DNA from: Candidatus Latescibacterota bacterium
GTDB lineage: Bacteria; Latescibacterota; UBA2968; GCA-2709665
Assembly: GCA_965205485.1 (NCBI GenBank)
Contig: OZ242180.1
Coordinates: 2,496,001-2,560,000 of the forward strand
Direction: 5' to 3'
Length of the DNA stretch: 64,000 nucleotides
Below are positions 42,589 through 52,865 of the stretch, one piece after another (positions within the stretch are counted from its first letter, which is position 1; each line of letters opens with the position of its first letter). Made by a program: the position numbers and the translations under genes. The notes below the pieces were generated by a model that was not told where the DNA came from, did not search any database, and was given only the letters and a program-made list of their open reading frames with translations.

Positions 42589-42991
42589 TTACCATGAAGG
42601 CGTCGAATTACGACGTTTCTCGCAGTAGACATCGACTATCACGTTCAGAGCGTGATTGATTTCTCCATGTTCGAAACGGCCGTGATGATTCTCGTAGAGG
42701 TACCTATAGTGCGTGTGCGAATCACGATGAGAACAAAAGACGTCACGCATGGGATACCGCTTTGCAGAAAACATCTCTTGTAGGTCTGGATTCAGGTTTT
42801 GCATGCCTGGCTGGTCTGCGCGTATCGAGTTGGGGCTCACCTTTCGCATTCTTGCTTCCAGTAATTCTCGTGTGTTCTCCCCAAGGGACTGGTACAAATT
42901 CAGTAAGTCATGGGATTGGACAGGGGTTTCGTTTTTTTCCCAGCACAGCAGCGCCTTCAGTGCGATTTCGGCCGCCAACGACAAAAGGATG
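42589..42991 (-). pseudogene. HEPN-like protein, 5'-truncated at the IS3 end
   Basis: LAAEIALKA...SHDLLNLY...HYRYLYE; the frame begins at the IS terminus with no SD. Confidence 0.6.
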
Positions 42992-43032
42992 TGGAGTTGC
43001 TCCGGTTCAGTGGACGGTTTAGGGCTTTCGTA

Positions 43033-43881
43033 TCAAGCCCATGATTTGCGGTTGTTTTCGTAGGTTACGGGCAAGTGGTATCCCAGCGCAGAATGCCTGC
43101 GGTGTGGATTATACCACCCTTCGATGTATTCGAAAAGGGATCGTTTCGCGTCGTGGATCGTGCGGAAGCAGTGGCGGTCCAGCAGCTCGCATTCGACGGT
43201 TGCGAAGAAACTCTCACACAGGGCGTTGTCAAAGCAGTCGCCGACGGATCCCATGGAGGGACGGACACCGGCCTTCTTGCAGCGCAGGCCAAAGGCCAGA
43301 GACGTATACTGCGATTCCTGGTCGGAATGATGGATCACGTTGCTGGGATGACGCTGCCACAAGGCCATATCCAGCGCGTCCAGGACCAGTTGGGTGTGCA
43401 ACCGCGTGTCCATCGCCCACCCGACAATGCGTCTGGAATAGGCATCCAGGACCACGGAAAGGCAGAGGAAGCCTGACCACGTCGGCACGTAGGTGATGTC
43501 GGCCACCCAGAGCTGATCGGGTGCAAAGACCGTAAAGTCCCGATTGACCAGATCGGCAGCGGCACTTTGGTGCTGGCTTTGCGTTGTTGTGCGCACGCCC
43601 TTGCGTCGGCTCACGCCCATCAGGCCCATCTCCCGCAGGAGCCGGGCTACGCGCTTGCGGCCCACCCGGGTGCCCTCAAACGCCAGTTCGGCGTGTATCC
43701 GCGGTGCGCCATAGGTCCCGAACGATCGCGTGTGAATCGCTGCAATACGCTCCTTGAGCACTACATCGGCTGCTGCACGCTTCGAGATGGGTCGCTTCAG
43801 CCACGCATAGCAGCCACTGGTGGAGACGCCCAGCACACGGCACTGCGTGGCCACAGGATAAAATGCCCGGTGCGCCTTCAC
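43033..43881 (-). CDS. IS3 OrfB DDE transposase
   Basis: YGAPRI, WVADITY, HHSDQ, DNALCESFF, YNPHRRHSALG. Confidence 0.95.
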   Translation of the reverse strand: MKAHRAFYPVATQCRVLGVSTSGCYAWLKRPISKRAAADVVLKERIAAIHTRSFGTYGAPRIHAELAFEGTRVGRKRVARLLREMGLMGVSRRKGVRTTTQSQHQSAAADLVNRDFTVFAPDQLWVADITYVPTWSGFLCLSVVLDAYSRRIVGWAMDTRLHTQLVLDALDMALWQRHPSNVIHHSDQESQYTSLAFGLRCKKAGVRPSMGSVGDCFDNALCESFFATVECELLDRHCFRTIHDAKRSLFEYIEGWYNPHRRHSALGYHLPVTYENNRKSWA

Positions 43882-44192
43882 GAACGCGAATCCTTCTGTG
43901 GTATCGTGTCGGTCTCCCGTGCGAACCAGGCCGCGGCTTTTGACAAAATCTCACGCTCGATGCGCAACTGCTTGTTCTCACGGCGTAACCGCGCCAGCTC
44001 CTTTCGCTCCTGCGTGGTCAGGCCGTCGGCGCGGCGACCTTCATCTCGGTCGGCCTGCGCCACCCAGCTCCGGATCGTCGGCTCCGAGGGCTCGAACTCC
44101 TTCGCCAGTTCTCGCGGCGTGCGTCCAGCTCGTACCAGCTCCACCATCTGTTGTCGAAACTCGGGCGCATACGCAGGACGGGTCTTCGGCAT
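43878..44192 (-). CDS. IS3 OrfA (HTH + leucine zipper)
   Basis: YAPEFRQQMVEL...TIRSWV...ELARLRRENKQLRIEREILSKAAAWF; GTGA overlap with orfB. Confidence 0.95.
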   Translation of the reverse strand: MPKTRPAYAPEFRQQMVELVRAGRTPRELAKEFEPSEPTIRSWVAQADRDEGRRADGLTTQERKELARLRRENKQLRIEREILSKAAAWFARETDTIPQKDSRS

Positions 44193-44330
44193 GGTGTACC
44201 CCCTTTCTTCTCATCAAAATAACAAGAAGATCGGTGTCCACCAAATCGGGTCAAGTCCAATTACTAATCAATGCATCTGATGGCCAATAGTAGTGGTGAG
44301 TGTGTTGATGGCTTGGTAATTACATACAGC

Positions 44331-45851
44331 TCATTTTTCCTCTGTACTTTGTAGGACCTCGAATGCGACCCGTAAGTAGTTATCCTTAAGCTTCTTTACA
44401 GTGTCCGATTCCAATCTGTCTCGGCGTGCCGCCCGATGTTCGGCGACTCCATCGTAAACACAGTGGCGGAGGTAGTTCTCTATCGAGTTACCTTCGAGCA
44501 TCAGCCAATGTGGATGTTGTCTGTTCACTACAATGACCAAGTTCTGCTCGTCGATATCTTGGTTTACAAAGTACGGATCATTAGGTGAGCCGATCGCATC
44601 GATGTAAACCTTTATTGTCATATCGCTGAGACTTACAACAAAATCAGGATCTTTGTTTGAGGCGTTTTCGACTACATTTCGATTCCCTGCTTCAATCTGA
44701 GATACCGAAGGTAAAACTTCTTCCATCTCAAGTGCCTCAAGGAATTTCGGCGTTTTTAACTCCTCCTCAAGAGCTTTTATCGCTGCATCAACCTGAACGT
44801 CACTAGGACCGTGTTCCGCGGGGCGTCCCCTCCTGGCTTTACGAGCAGTCTCCATAAACGGTTTACAGTATTTGAGCAATCCTTTTTCTACAAGCTCTTC
44901 CTCTTCTCCATCCCAGTTGATTTCATCTTTGGTATGTGAGACTTCAAAATCTTCAAGATTGATTTCTCCTACTACTCGTTGATTGATTAGATCGTTTCTA
45001 CCACCTTGTCCATAAACGGTCTCGGGTCGCCAACTATCTGGCCAACCCTTTATTAGTCGCTGTCGATGTAGTATGGAAAAACCAGCCTTAGATCTGGAGC
45101 CCTTTCGTAATACACCGACCCATCCTTCAGCGACTTTTTTGGGTTCAGTGTCAATCTCGAATATGTATTCGCCTTTGTAAACAGTACCATCATTGCGCTT
45201 CAAGAAATCGTCATCTGAAAACCCTCGCCACTCTAACTCTTGGTCGTTATAGTAAAGCATCATCTGACCGGAAGAGATGTCTTTACGATAGATACTTTCA
45301 AGATACTCCTTAACTTTTGAAATAGTTCGCCCCTTAAGTGGTCGATGATGTGATGTAATCTCGATCAATGTATAGTGTTCACTTTCTGCTACATCCCTTT
45401 TACTAACAGGTGGTGACACATTCCCATCTACTACATCATTAACGTCCACCAATACTGTATACTCATTAGAATCGCGTAGCTTTGTCGTGATAATTTTCCA
45501 GTTGTCACCAATCCAACATGCCGCAGTCTTCATTCCCAGGCCGTATTGTGATCTCCCCTCGGTGTTTTGGGGCGGTACACCAACCCTCATGGCTCGCCCT
45601 AGGTCGTCATAATCCATACCCATAGCATTGTCCCGTATACGAACGAGATCTTGGTCAGTGGATATCATTACCGTAAACTGGTCTCCCTCGTTATTGAACA
45701 CTGGATCAAGAGACGAGGTATTGTCGTAGTATGATTGTGTGGAGTTATCAACGAATTCCGCTAACGCGAACCACCATTTATATGCTAAGCGACGGTAGTT
45801 AGCAAAGTTCTCGTGTCCAAATCTGATCTCTAGCGGCACAACGACCTCCAT
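44331..45851 (-). CDS. MORC-like GHKL ATPase
   Basis: ALAEFVDNS (ExxxN), DNAMGM (DxxxG), SQYGLGMKTA, YTLIEI; S5-like region (GF.I....RLI, RVVGEINL, SHTKD). Confidence 0.88.
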   Translation of the reverse strand: MEVVVPLEIRFGHENFANYRRLAYKWWFALAEFVDNSTQSYYDNTSSLDPVFNNEGDQFTVMISTDQDLVRIRDNAMGMDYDDLGRAMRVGVPPQNTEGRSQYGLGMKTAACWIGDNWKIITTKLRDSNEYTVLVDVNDVVDGNVSPPVSKRDVAESEHYTLIEITSHHRPLKGRTISKVKEYLESIYRKDISSGQMMLYYNDQELEWRGFSDDDFLKRNDGTVYKGEYIFEIDTEPKKVAEGWVGVLRKGSRSKAGFSILHRQRLIKGWPDSWRPETVYGQGGRNDLINQRVVGEINLEDFEVSHTKDEINWDGEEEELVEKGLLKYCKPFMETARKARRGRPAEHGPSDVQVDAAIKALEEELKTPKFLEALEMEEVLPSVSQIEAGNRNVVENASNKDPDFVVSLSDMTIKVYIDAIGSPNDPYFVNQDIDEQNLVIVVNRQHPHWLMLEGNSIENYLRHCVYDGVAEHRAARRDRLESDTVKKLKDNYLRVAFEVLQSTEEK

Positions 45852-45866
45852 TTCGATTTATTAAAC

Positions 45867-46649
45867 TTATAGTTCACGTAGTTGAAACCTATTCTCACCG
45901 ATACGACGCACCTCGTAGTTCCGGTCTGAAGAAACATTGAATCCGCCGGGGGCAAAAAACACTACACTGTCCATAGCACGTAAAACCTTCCAAGTATACG
46001 GCCTTTGGTCAACATACAACTGTACTTCATTCTGAATACTTGCCGGAACGGTTTCCGGTTGAACGCAGATTAGGGAATTCATCATATTCAATTTCTTAAG
46101 TCTAAAGACCCTATCCGACACCGGCGCAGGTAGATATCCTGAGATAGAAACAATTACGTCGTCGTGCTCGGATCGAAATGACTCAAGATAAGTAAGATGG
46201 GCTGAATGTTCATTTTCGATTGCTGACCACCCACTCTTCAATACAGTCCGGGAGTTTACCACTACAACCACCTTGGGCGGGATATAGTGTATTAGGTTCT
46301 TTAATGCACATAAGTCTAAAGTCGAGTCCTTCTGATGTAGTAAATCCGCATGCGTGGAATCGTATCGCCCAGTAACAAAGGTCTGAACCTGCGGTAGTAC
46401 GTGGTGTTCAAGTGAGTGATTCTCAAGCTCGATTTCAACAACAACCCACATTTTGTAGTTACGATGTACAAACGCCAAATCAGGTCTACGACGAGATCCA
46501 TGATCACCAAGAATATGCGGTGAGAAGTCAAGTATAGAGAAGTCAGGAAGTACCTTTCTCAGTTCGATTTTTACGATACTGGTATAATGTCGTTCATCTT
46601 CGTAAAAGACCTGTTCGTAGATTCGATTTCTGCGTATAAGTCGAGTCAA
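45867..46649 (-). CDS. Putative PD-(D/E)xK-superfamily nuclease (ExE variant)
   Basis: N-terminal helix with Glu, RPDLAFV...VVVEIEL..H...HVLPQ; ATGA overlap with the helicase. Confidence 0.6.
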   Translation of the reverse strand: MTRLIRRNRIYEQVFYEDERHYTSIVKIELRKVLPDFSILDFSPHILGDHGSRRRPDLAFVHRNYKMWVVVEIELENHSLEHHVLPQVQTFVTGRYDSTHADLLHQKDSTLDLCALKNLIHYIPPKVVVVVNSRTVLKSGWSAIENEHSAHLTYLESFRSEHDDVIVSISGYLPAPVSDRVFRLKKLNMMNSLICVQPETVPASIQNEVQLYVDQRPYTWKVLRAMDSVVFFAPGGFNVSSDRNYEVRRIGENRFQLREL

Positions 46650-47884
46650 TGAATAGTTCCTCGGCTCCAGGAGACGTCCGCTACACCCTCTAGATTGGTC
46701 GCTTCTCTTGACAACCGGATACGTTGATCGTCTCCGACGTATAGTGTATAAACCAATGCACGCCGTTTGCTATGTGCAGGACGAAGCACGCGTCCCAGTC
46801 GCTGGATTCTTTGACGGGTGCTAGAAGTGGAGTGCGCAACGATTGCTATGTTTGCTTCTGGTACATTCGCGCCTTCGTCGAGAGCACGACAGGTAACAAG
46901 CATGTTGACAATTCCTCGTCGAAAAAGGCGGAGGTTGTCCCTTCGGTGTGAATCTGAAAGGCTGGAGTGGTACGTCACTGAGTTCTGACCGAGACTGGCA
47001 AGTAATTCCGCAATTGACTCGACATCAGCAACACGCTCGTGGAAAACTATGACACGTTCACGTTTATGACTTAATGCCAATTTTACCGCCCATGGTACTC
47101 TCAAAGCACGTTCAGCCGATCTAGTGATTTTGGTCGACTTCGATCTGCTACTTGCGGCTAAGACAACAGAAGCACTTCCTGAAGTATCCTTTGAGTTTTT
47201 CATGCGACTTTGGAGTCGGCTTAAGTCACCCGCGCTGAATCCTATTTCGATATTCATTAAATCGAAATCTACGATCACACCGTCAGTTTTTGCTGTGCGG
47301 TAGTCGTAGTCATAAATCACAGGTCCGAGAGCAGGGGTGATTCTTGTCACGAAACCGTCGTCTGCCTCTCGCTCAGGAGTAGCAGATAACCCGAGAGTGG
47401 CTGGGACAGACGGGTCATGGTTTCCCATGAGCGCTCGACTGTTCTCAACGGCCCCGGCTCGATGGCACTCGTCGACGATAAGGAACGTTGTTCCCGAATT
47501 TGACAATTCCTGTGAGACTAATCGAGCTGTGTTTAAAACGAGGATATTAACCCGTTTGGGATGTTCCGGTTTTGAACTTCCGGAATAGCAGGCGATTTCG
47601 GTTTCATCGATATCTGTAGCATCACTAATGTCCACAAACCATTGATCTAGTAATGCTATCGTAGGCACCACAATAATGGCCTTTCCATCGGGGTATTCCG
47701 TGAAGAACCGTTTCAAGCAAAGAAACGAAAAGACTGTCTTACCACCGCCAGTAACCACACGTGCAATGCCAGTGAATTCTCTATCCCAAGCCTTAAACGC
47801 TTCAATCTGCCATCGTCTAGGGATTATCGATTGATCGAGCTGCAAGTTGTGCCCTTTCAAAAACTGTATGGTGTCTCCCGCCAC
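46646..47884 (-). CDS. SF2 helicase, XPB/Rad25-ResIII-like
   Basis: RWQ, VTGGGKT, VVPT, DECH, LSAT, LDEGANVP, QRLGRVLR. Confidence 0.92.
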   Translation of the reverse strand: MAGDTIQFLKGHNLQLDQSIIPRRWQIEAFKAWDREFTGIARVVTGGGKTVFSFLCLKRFFTEYPDGKAIIVVPTIALLDQWFVDISDATDIDETEIACYSGSSKPEHPKRVNILVLNTARLVSQELSNSGTTFLIVDECHRAGAVENSRALMGNHDPSVPATLGLSATPEREADDGFVTRITPALGPVIYDYDYRTAKTDGVIVDFDLMNIEIGFSAGDLSRLQSRMKNSKDTSGSASVVLAASSRSKSTKITRSAERALRVPWAVKLALSHKRERVIVFHERVADVESIAELLASLGQNSVTYHSSLSDSHRRDNLRLFRRGIVNMLVTCRALDEGANVPEANIAIVAHSTSSTRQRIQRLGRVLRPAHSKRRALVYTLYVGDDQRIRLSREATNLEGVADVSWSRGTIH

Positions 47885-47938
47885 AACGCGGGCATTTCAC
47901 TGCAATTTGGACTTCAAATCGTTGTAAATCAAAAACAA

Positions 47939-48922
47939 TTACTGCTTTCGGAGGTTTTTCTTACTTTTAGTGAATCGCCCAAGCGATCCATCCAGAAATT
48001 CCCGATCAGGTTCAACTGCTACCCATCTGCGCCCTAAGTCTTCTGCTGCTTTTCCTGTCGTATTACTACCAGCGAACGGATCCAGTACCAATGCATCTGA
48101 TTTGGTAAGGAATTTGATGAAGAACTCGGCGAGTCCAATCGGCATTCGGGCTGGATGCGGTCGAAGCTGATGGGTACGGCAGTAATTCAAGTAGTTTGAA
48201 CTTGCCTGCGTATTCGCTAGGGAGATCAGGTTTGACGGAATGGCTCCAGCATTATCTGTTAAGAATGAGTTTTTCCCAATATGGTGTTCAGAAGGTCGCT
48301 CCCCAGAGTTGTAACTTTTACGTACTAAGAGATCCTCCATTGCTTTACTGTATTTTGTTAATACCTGGCGGTTGTCAGCATATGGCCTGTCTGTAGGTGC
48401 CATCCACCAGAGATGTGTATATGCGTCCTTAACTCGGATGCGCTCGACATTCACCCACTGAGCTGGTCCGGGGAGTTTTGCAGGGTTGTGCCACACGAAC
48501 TGTTGGCACAGTACGAATTCGCCATGCTCCAAGAAAGCTAGTAGTGCCTGCAACGCTAACGTAGACATTACTGGCCGTCCCGGTTCCCATGCATTTCCAA
48601 GTTCTAAGACTACTGAACCTGCGGGTTTCAAAGCATTCTTGAAAAGAGGTGCAAATCCTTTGAGCCATTCCACGTATGCCTCGCCTTGTTCGTTTCCGTA
48701 GCGCTTTTTTCTATTGAGAGGAAACGGGGGTGAGGTAAAGATGAGATCGACTTGCCCTTCGAGCTCACTCGAGTAAGTACGTGACCTTAATACATCCTCA
48801 GCTAGCCCGAGTATGGATCGACCCAGTGTCGTTCTGTAGATGGTTTTAGGTCTACGTTTGCGACTATGTTTGTCCTTCGTGGAACTCTTTTCTACAACCT
48901 CATCTTCATTAGATCTATTCAC
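47939..48922 (-). CDS. Beta-class N4-cytosine DNA methyltransferase, M.PvuII-like
   Basis: TSPPF..RKK.YGN catalytic motif N-terminal; WHNPAKLP, HPARMP; DPFAGSNTTG SAM motif C-terminal. Confidence 0.9.
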   Translation of the reverse strand: MNRSNEDEVVEKSSTKDKHSRKRRPKTIYRTTLGRSILGLAEDVLRSRTYSSELEGQVDLIFTSPPFPLNRKKRYGNEQGEAYVEWLKGFAPLFKNALKPAGSVVLELGNAWEPGRPVMSTLALQALLAFLEHGEFVLCQQFVWHNPAKLPGPAQWVNVERIRVKDAYTHLWWMAPTDRPYADNRQVLTKYSKAMEDLLVRKSYNSGERPSEHHIGKNSFLTDNAGAIPSNLISLANTQASSNYLNYCRTHQLRPHPARMPIGLAEFFIKFLTKSDALVLDPFAGSNTTGKAAEDLGRRWVAVEPDREFLDGSLGRFTKSKKNLRKQ

Positions 48923-49036
48923 CGGATTTTCCCCGACTGATGTTACCCCATATTAGTGGCCGGATTACCGTTTGGGATGCAGACTGCTTTTTTAAGCTCC
49001 TTTCATTTTTTAAAAGCCGCCAACGCCTAATTAAAC

Positions 49037-51187
49037 TCATCTGCACACCAAGGTACCAGCATGCTTTCCTAGTGCCGATCGCCGTTGAACACGTTCGGCC
49101 GCGTCATGAACCAACTGCTCCTGGGCTTTTTCGCATAGGTCTGGTGGCGGTTCGGCGCCTTCGTCCACGGGTTCGAATTCACGCGCCTTCTCCTGAATGC
49201 GATCAGTATCGATGGCGGCCAGTAGATCGCCAACGATTTGAGTGAGTTCGGTGCCGCCGGCCTGCTCCTTGATTCGTTCTTTCTCGGTGGAATCGAGTTG
49301 TTGATCAAGCCGCGCGAGGCGCCCGGCGAGAGAACTCACCGTGTCTTCATCGTGGGCGCCCATCATCACGCCCATCGCGAGGTCCTTTAGGGGCACTGTC
49401 GGCTGGGTGATGAGCGGTTGGCTGGCGGTCTTGAGCGACGTCGTGACACCGACCGCGTCCACGATGACATAGTGGGTCTTGCTGGTAGTAGCTGAAGGAG
49501 AGACTTTTTTGAGGTCGTCGTAATCAAGAGTACGGGTCCCGCGACCCTTCATCTGCTCGAAATAGTTGCGGCTACGCACATCACGCATAAATAGCAAGCA
49601 TTCGAGTGGTCTGACATCGGTGCCAGTTGCAATCATATCCACCGTGACAGCGATACGCGGGTAATAGTCGTTTCGATACTGGGCGAGGACAGTTTTCGGT
49701 TCTTCTTTGGATCTGTATGTGACCTTCTTGCAGAACTCATTGCCTTCGCCGAACTCCTCACGCACAGTCTGAATGATGTCGTCTGCATGGCTGTCCGTCT
49801 TGGCGAAAATCAGCGTCTTCGGAACTTCGCCACGGCCAGGGAAAATCTCAGGCAAATTGCCGCGGAATGTGCCGATGACGGTACGGATCTGATCCGGATT
49901 GACGACGGCGCGGTCCAGTTCTCGTCCTGAATAGACAAGCGCTTCGTCCTGAATCTCCCAGCGTTTGCGCCGCGTGAGCCGCTCTCTACGTTGGACTGCT
50001 TGGCGTGCCCTGATCTGGCCCCCGCGCTCTGTCCTTTCCGTCTCAATCACATAGACTTCGTTGCCGACGTTGACGCCGTCTGCGACGGCTTGATCATGCG
50101 TATATTCGCTGACGATGTTTTTCTTAAAGAACCCGTATGTGCGGTTGTCCGGTGTGGCGGTGAGGCCAATGAGGAATGCGTCGAAGTATTCGAGGACCTG
50201 GCGCCAGAGGTTATAGATCGACCGGTGGCATTCGTCAATGACGATGAAATCAAAAAACTCGGGCGGAATCTTGTCGTTGTAGACAACCGGCACCGGTTGA
50301 CTGGGTTGCGTCAATTCCGCCGGGTTGATCTCTTCCGCTGCTTCGTCTATCCCCTCGCCCTTAAGGAGGGAATACATGCGCTGGATGGTGCTGATACAAA
50401 CCTGGCTATCGTTGGCAACATAGGACGATTTGAGACGCTGCACGTTGTAGAGTTCAGTGAATTTGCGATTGTCGTCGTTCGGCACGTACGCCATGAATTC
50501 CTGCTCGGCCTGTTCACCCAAATGCCTGGTGTCTACGAGAAAGAGGACCCTCTTGGCGTCCGCGTGTTTGAGCAGCCGGTAAATCGACGTGATGGCGGTG
50601 TAGGTCTTGCCAGAGCCGGTGGCCATCTGAATGAGTGCGCGCGGACGGATGTCTTTAAACGATGCTTCGAGATTCTCGATGGCGCGTATCTGGCACGCCC
50701 TGAATCCGGCAGGGTTGACCTCAGGGAGTGTCTGAAGCCTGGCGCGAAGCGAGTCGTCATTTGCGTTCCATTCCGCCAGGGTCTCCGGTCGCGGGAAGTT
50801 GAATATCTCCCGCGAACGAGGTTTCGGATCGCGTCCATCGGTAAACCGCGTAAGCACACCCGTAGATTCGTATACGAACGGCAGGGGTTCTCTGTTTTTG
50901 ACCCATTTGAGTTCGGCAGCAGCATAAGTGCCCGATTGCGATTCGACGGTCGTGATATTGTGACCCCATTCTTCCGGCTTGGCCTCGACAACACCGACGG
51001 CCTGCTTGTCAACAAAGAGAACGTAGTCGGCTGGGCCAACGTCCGTCTGATATTCGCGGACAGCGATACCGCGCCCCGCGCTGAAGTCAAGCTTGTTTTT
51101 CGACTGTACGTTCCAGCCGGCCTGAACCAACATCGCGTCGATTTTGTCGCGTGCCTTTTGTTCCGGAGTGCGGTAAATGTCTGTCAC
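49037..51187 (-). pseudogene. hsdR: Type I restriction endonuclease subunit R, 3'-truncated
   Basis: ADY..VEAK nuclease, MATGSGKT, DECH, TAT, ATGTD, QMKGRG; similarity appears to end near 49080; no hsdM/hsdS follow. Confidence 0.8.
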
Positions 51188-51343
51188 TGCGAAGGTCCTA
51201 TTTCATAAATTCGCCCGATTCAACCGATCTATATAGGGTACCTTATAGCTCGCGCAATATACGAAAATCTTCATTGTTGGTCAATGCGACCAGAGCAAAA
51301 AGTGACGCATTTTGCGACGCGATAGGCGCGTTTTGCGACACAG

Positions 51344-51374
51344 AAAAAACCCCGATGAAATCGTTCATCGGGGT
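51344..51374 (-). terminator. Hairpin with a T tract on the minus strand
   Basis: AAAAA-ACCCCGATGAA-ATCG-TTCATCGGGGT. Confidence 0.55.
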
Positions 51375-51949
51375 CATCTGTCATACATCAGGTGTAGCAC
51401 GCGGCCGTCAGTCTAAAACCGATAGCGCTATTTCAAGGCGAAGTCAAACGGCGATATGCGCACCAGGACGAGGTGAACCACGAAAAACAAAAGGAAAAAG
51501 GAAGAAGGAAAAAGGAAGAAATAACGGCAGGATAGTCTCGTAGACCGTCGCCGGCATTCAAGATGTATGCGAGTGCCGGCGTGGTAGATCGACTGGAATT
51601 GACCCGATTAAAGGCGAATGATCCGGCCTGATTAGGCCGATCTTCAACTGGCCTGGTTAGGCCGATCCTGCATTGGCCGCATCTGGGCGATCATTGACAG
51701 AGTGCGCAAGGAAGAAATAAAGGTCGGACAATCGCGTGGCCCGTCGTCAGCATCCACGACGTCTGCGATTGCCTGCCCGTTACTTGAGACCCGTTCCGCT
51801 CGGGAACACCAGAATAAGGGCGAATAAATGGAGAAGGAAAAAGGCGACATCCGGAAGGAGAAAGGAAGAAGAGATGGGGGTTATGCAACAACGACGATAC
51901 CGTCAGGAAATCAATTGCTGTTCAACCGCGTTTCGTTTTTTGCGATACG

Positions 51950-52186
51950 CTACCCAAAGTTATCAAGCCTTTCGTCTATGCGTTCAATCGCTCGCAACAA
52001 TCGAAATTCAACCTGTTTGATTGTCTCTTTATTCTCTTTAATTTCTGCCATTAAACGAGATTCCGAAGCGCTCACCATCCATTGCACAACGGCGAGGTTG
52101 ACACCGACTAACAAAACAAGAACACTGCCAAAGGAAACAGCTACTTTTATCGCATTCCCCCATTTGGACCATAGGCTGTTACTCAT
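51950..52186 (-). CDS. Small single-TM coiled-coil protein
   Basis: VAVSFGSVLVLLVGVNLAVV then SESRLMAEIKENKETIKQVE...IDERLD; SD AAGGGG. Confidence 0.7.
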   Translation of the reverse strand: MSNSLWSKWGNAIKVAVSFGSVLVLLVGVNLAVVQWMVSASESRLMAEIKENKETIKQVEFRLLRAIERIDERLDNFG

Positions 52187-52522
52187 GATTTCCCCTTATT
52201 TTCTTGATACAAGAGTGCGTCGTGCGCATTTTCGCTGAACCATGTCATTAGTGTGTTCCGCAAGTTGTCTTTTGCGAAAAAGTAAGGTAACTCGGTTCGA
52301 CAAAGTACGGTGGCCAACGCGGGTTTTTTGTAAACCCACTATTTTGAAAAAAGTACCCAATCGGATTTATCCTGTCAAGTGCATATGATGAAATTTGGGG
52401 GAATTGCAGCGAGCATGAAGAGAGGTACGCTGAGGAAGAATGATGAGCGCAAGCAGAGGCAGGATGTGAAGGGGTATTGGAAGCGGATACCAACCGAGCA
52501 AGAAGATGGTAGAGCTCATCAA

Positions 52523-52632
52523 TCACGCATTCTTCGTTCTGCCTTTTTCCTTCTTCCTTGCCTTGCGTCAGCCTGTGTTTCGTCGTCTCTCAATAGATAC
52601 CGCAGCAGGACATTGGTGTCGATTGCGATCAA
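52523..52632 (-). pseudogene. VapC/PIN toxin N-terminal fragment
   Basis: MIAIDTNVLLRYLLRDDETQA, then runs into a heptamer tract and stops; overlaps the AbrB stop codon. Confidence 0.75.
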
Positions 52633-52865
52633 GGCGTTCGGTCCCGCTTTCTCTCTATGGCGTCCTGGCGCGACTCCTCGTCTGAAACCGTCGGATCTCC
52701 TTCAAGATGCGCCAGGCATCCCCAGGCGCTACCGGGCTCTAGGCGGACGATGGTGATGCGGCCATCGGCCACGAAACTCAGGCACTCGTCGCCTGGCTCG
52801 ATGCCTGCTAAACGGCACTGATCGGCCGGGAGCGTGATCTGTCGCTTGGCGCTGAGTTTGGGCGA
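52629..52865 (-). CDS. AbrB/MazE-family antitoxin; start codon apparently damaged
   Basis: PKLSAKRQITLP....AGIEPGD; GGAGA is followed by TCG where a start codon is expected. Confidence 0.7.
   Translation of the reverse strand, partial: SPKLSAKRQITLPADQCRLAGIEPGDECLSFVADGRITIVRLEPGSAWGCLAHLEGDPTVSDEESRQDAIERKRDRTP

Larger units (their letters stand above)
42992..44259 (-). mobile_element. IS3-family insertion sequence
   Basis: Imperfect IRs TGGAGTTGCTCCGGTTCAGTGGAC / TGGACTTGACCCGATTTGGTGGAC (5'-TG...CA-3'); orfA and orfB; no target duplication. Confidence 0.93.

Noticed and set aside
44331..51187. Assignment to DISARM, BREX, Dnd or type III RM
   Set aside because: No DUF1998, PLD, PglZ, BrxC, DndC/D or Mod-type methyltransferase is recognisable.
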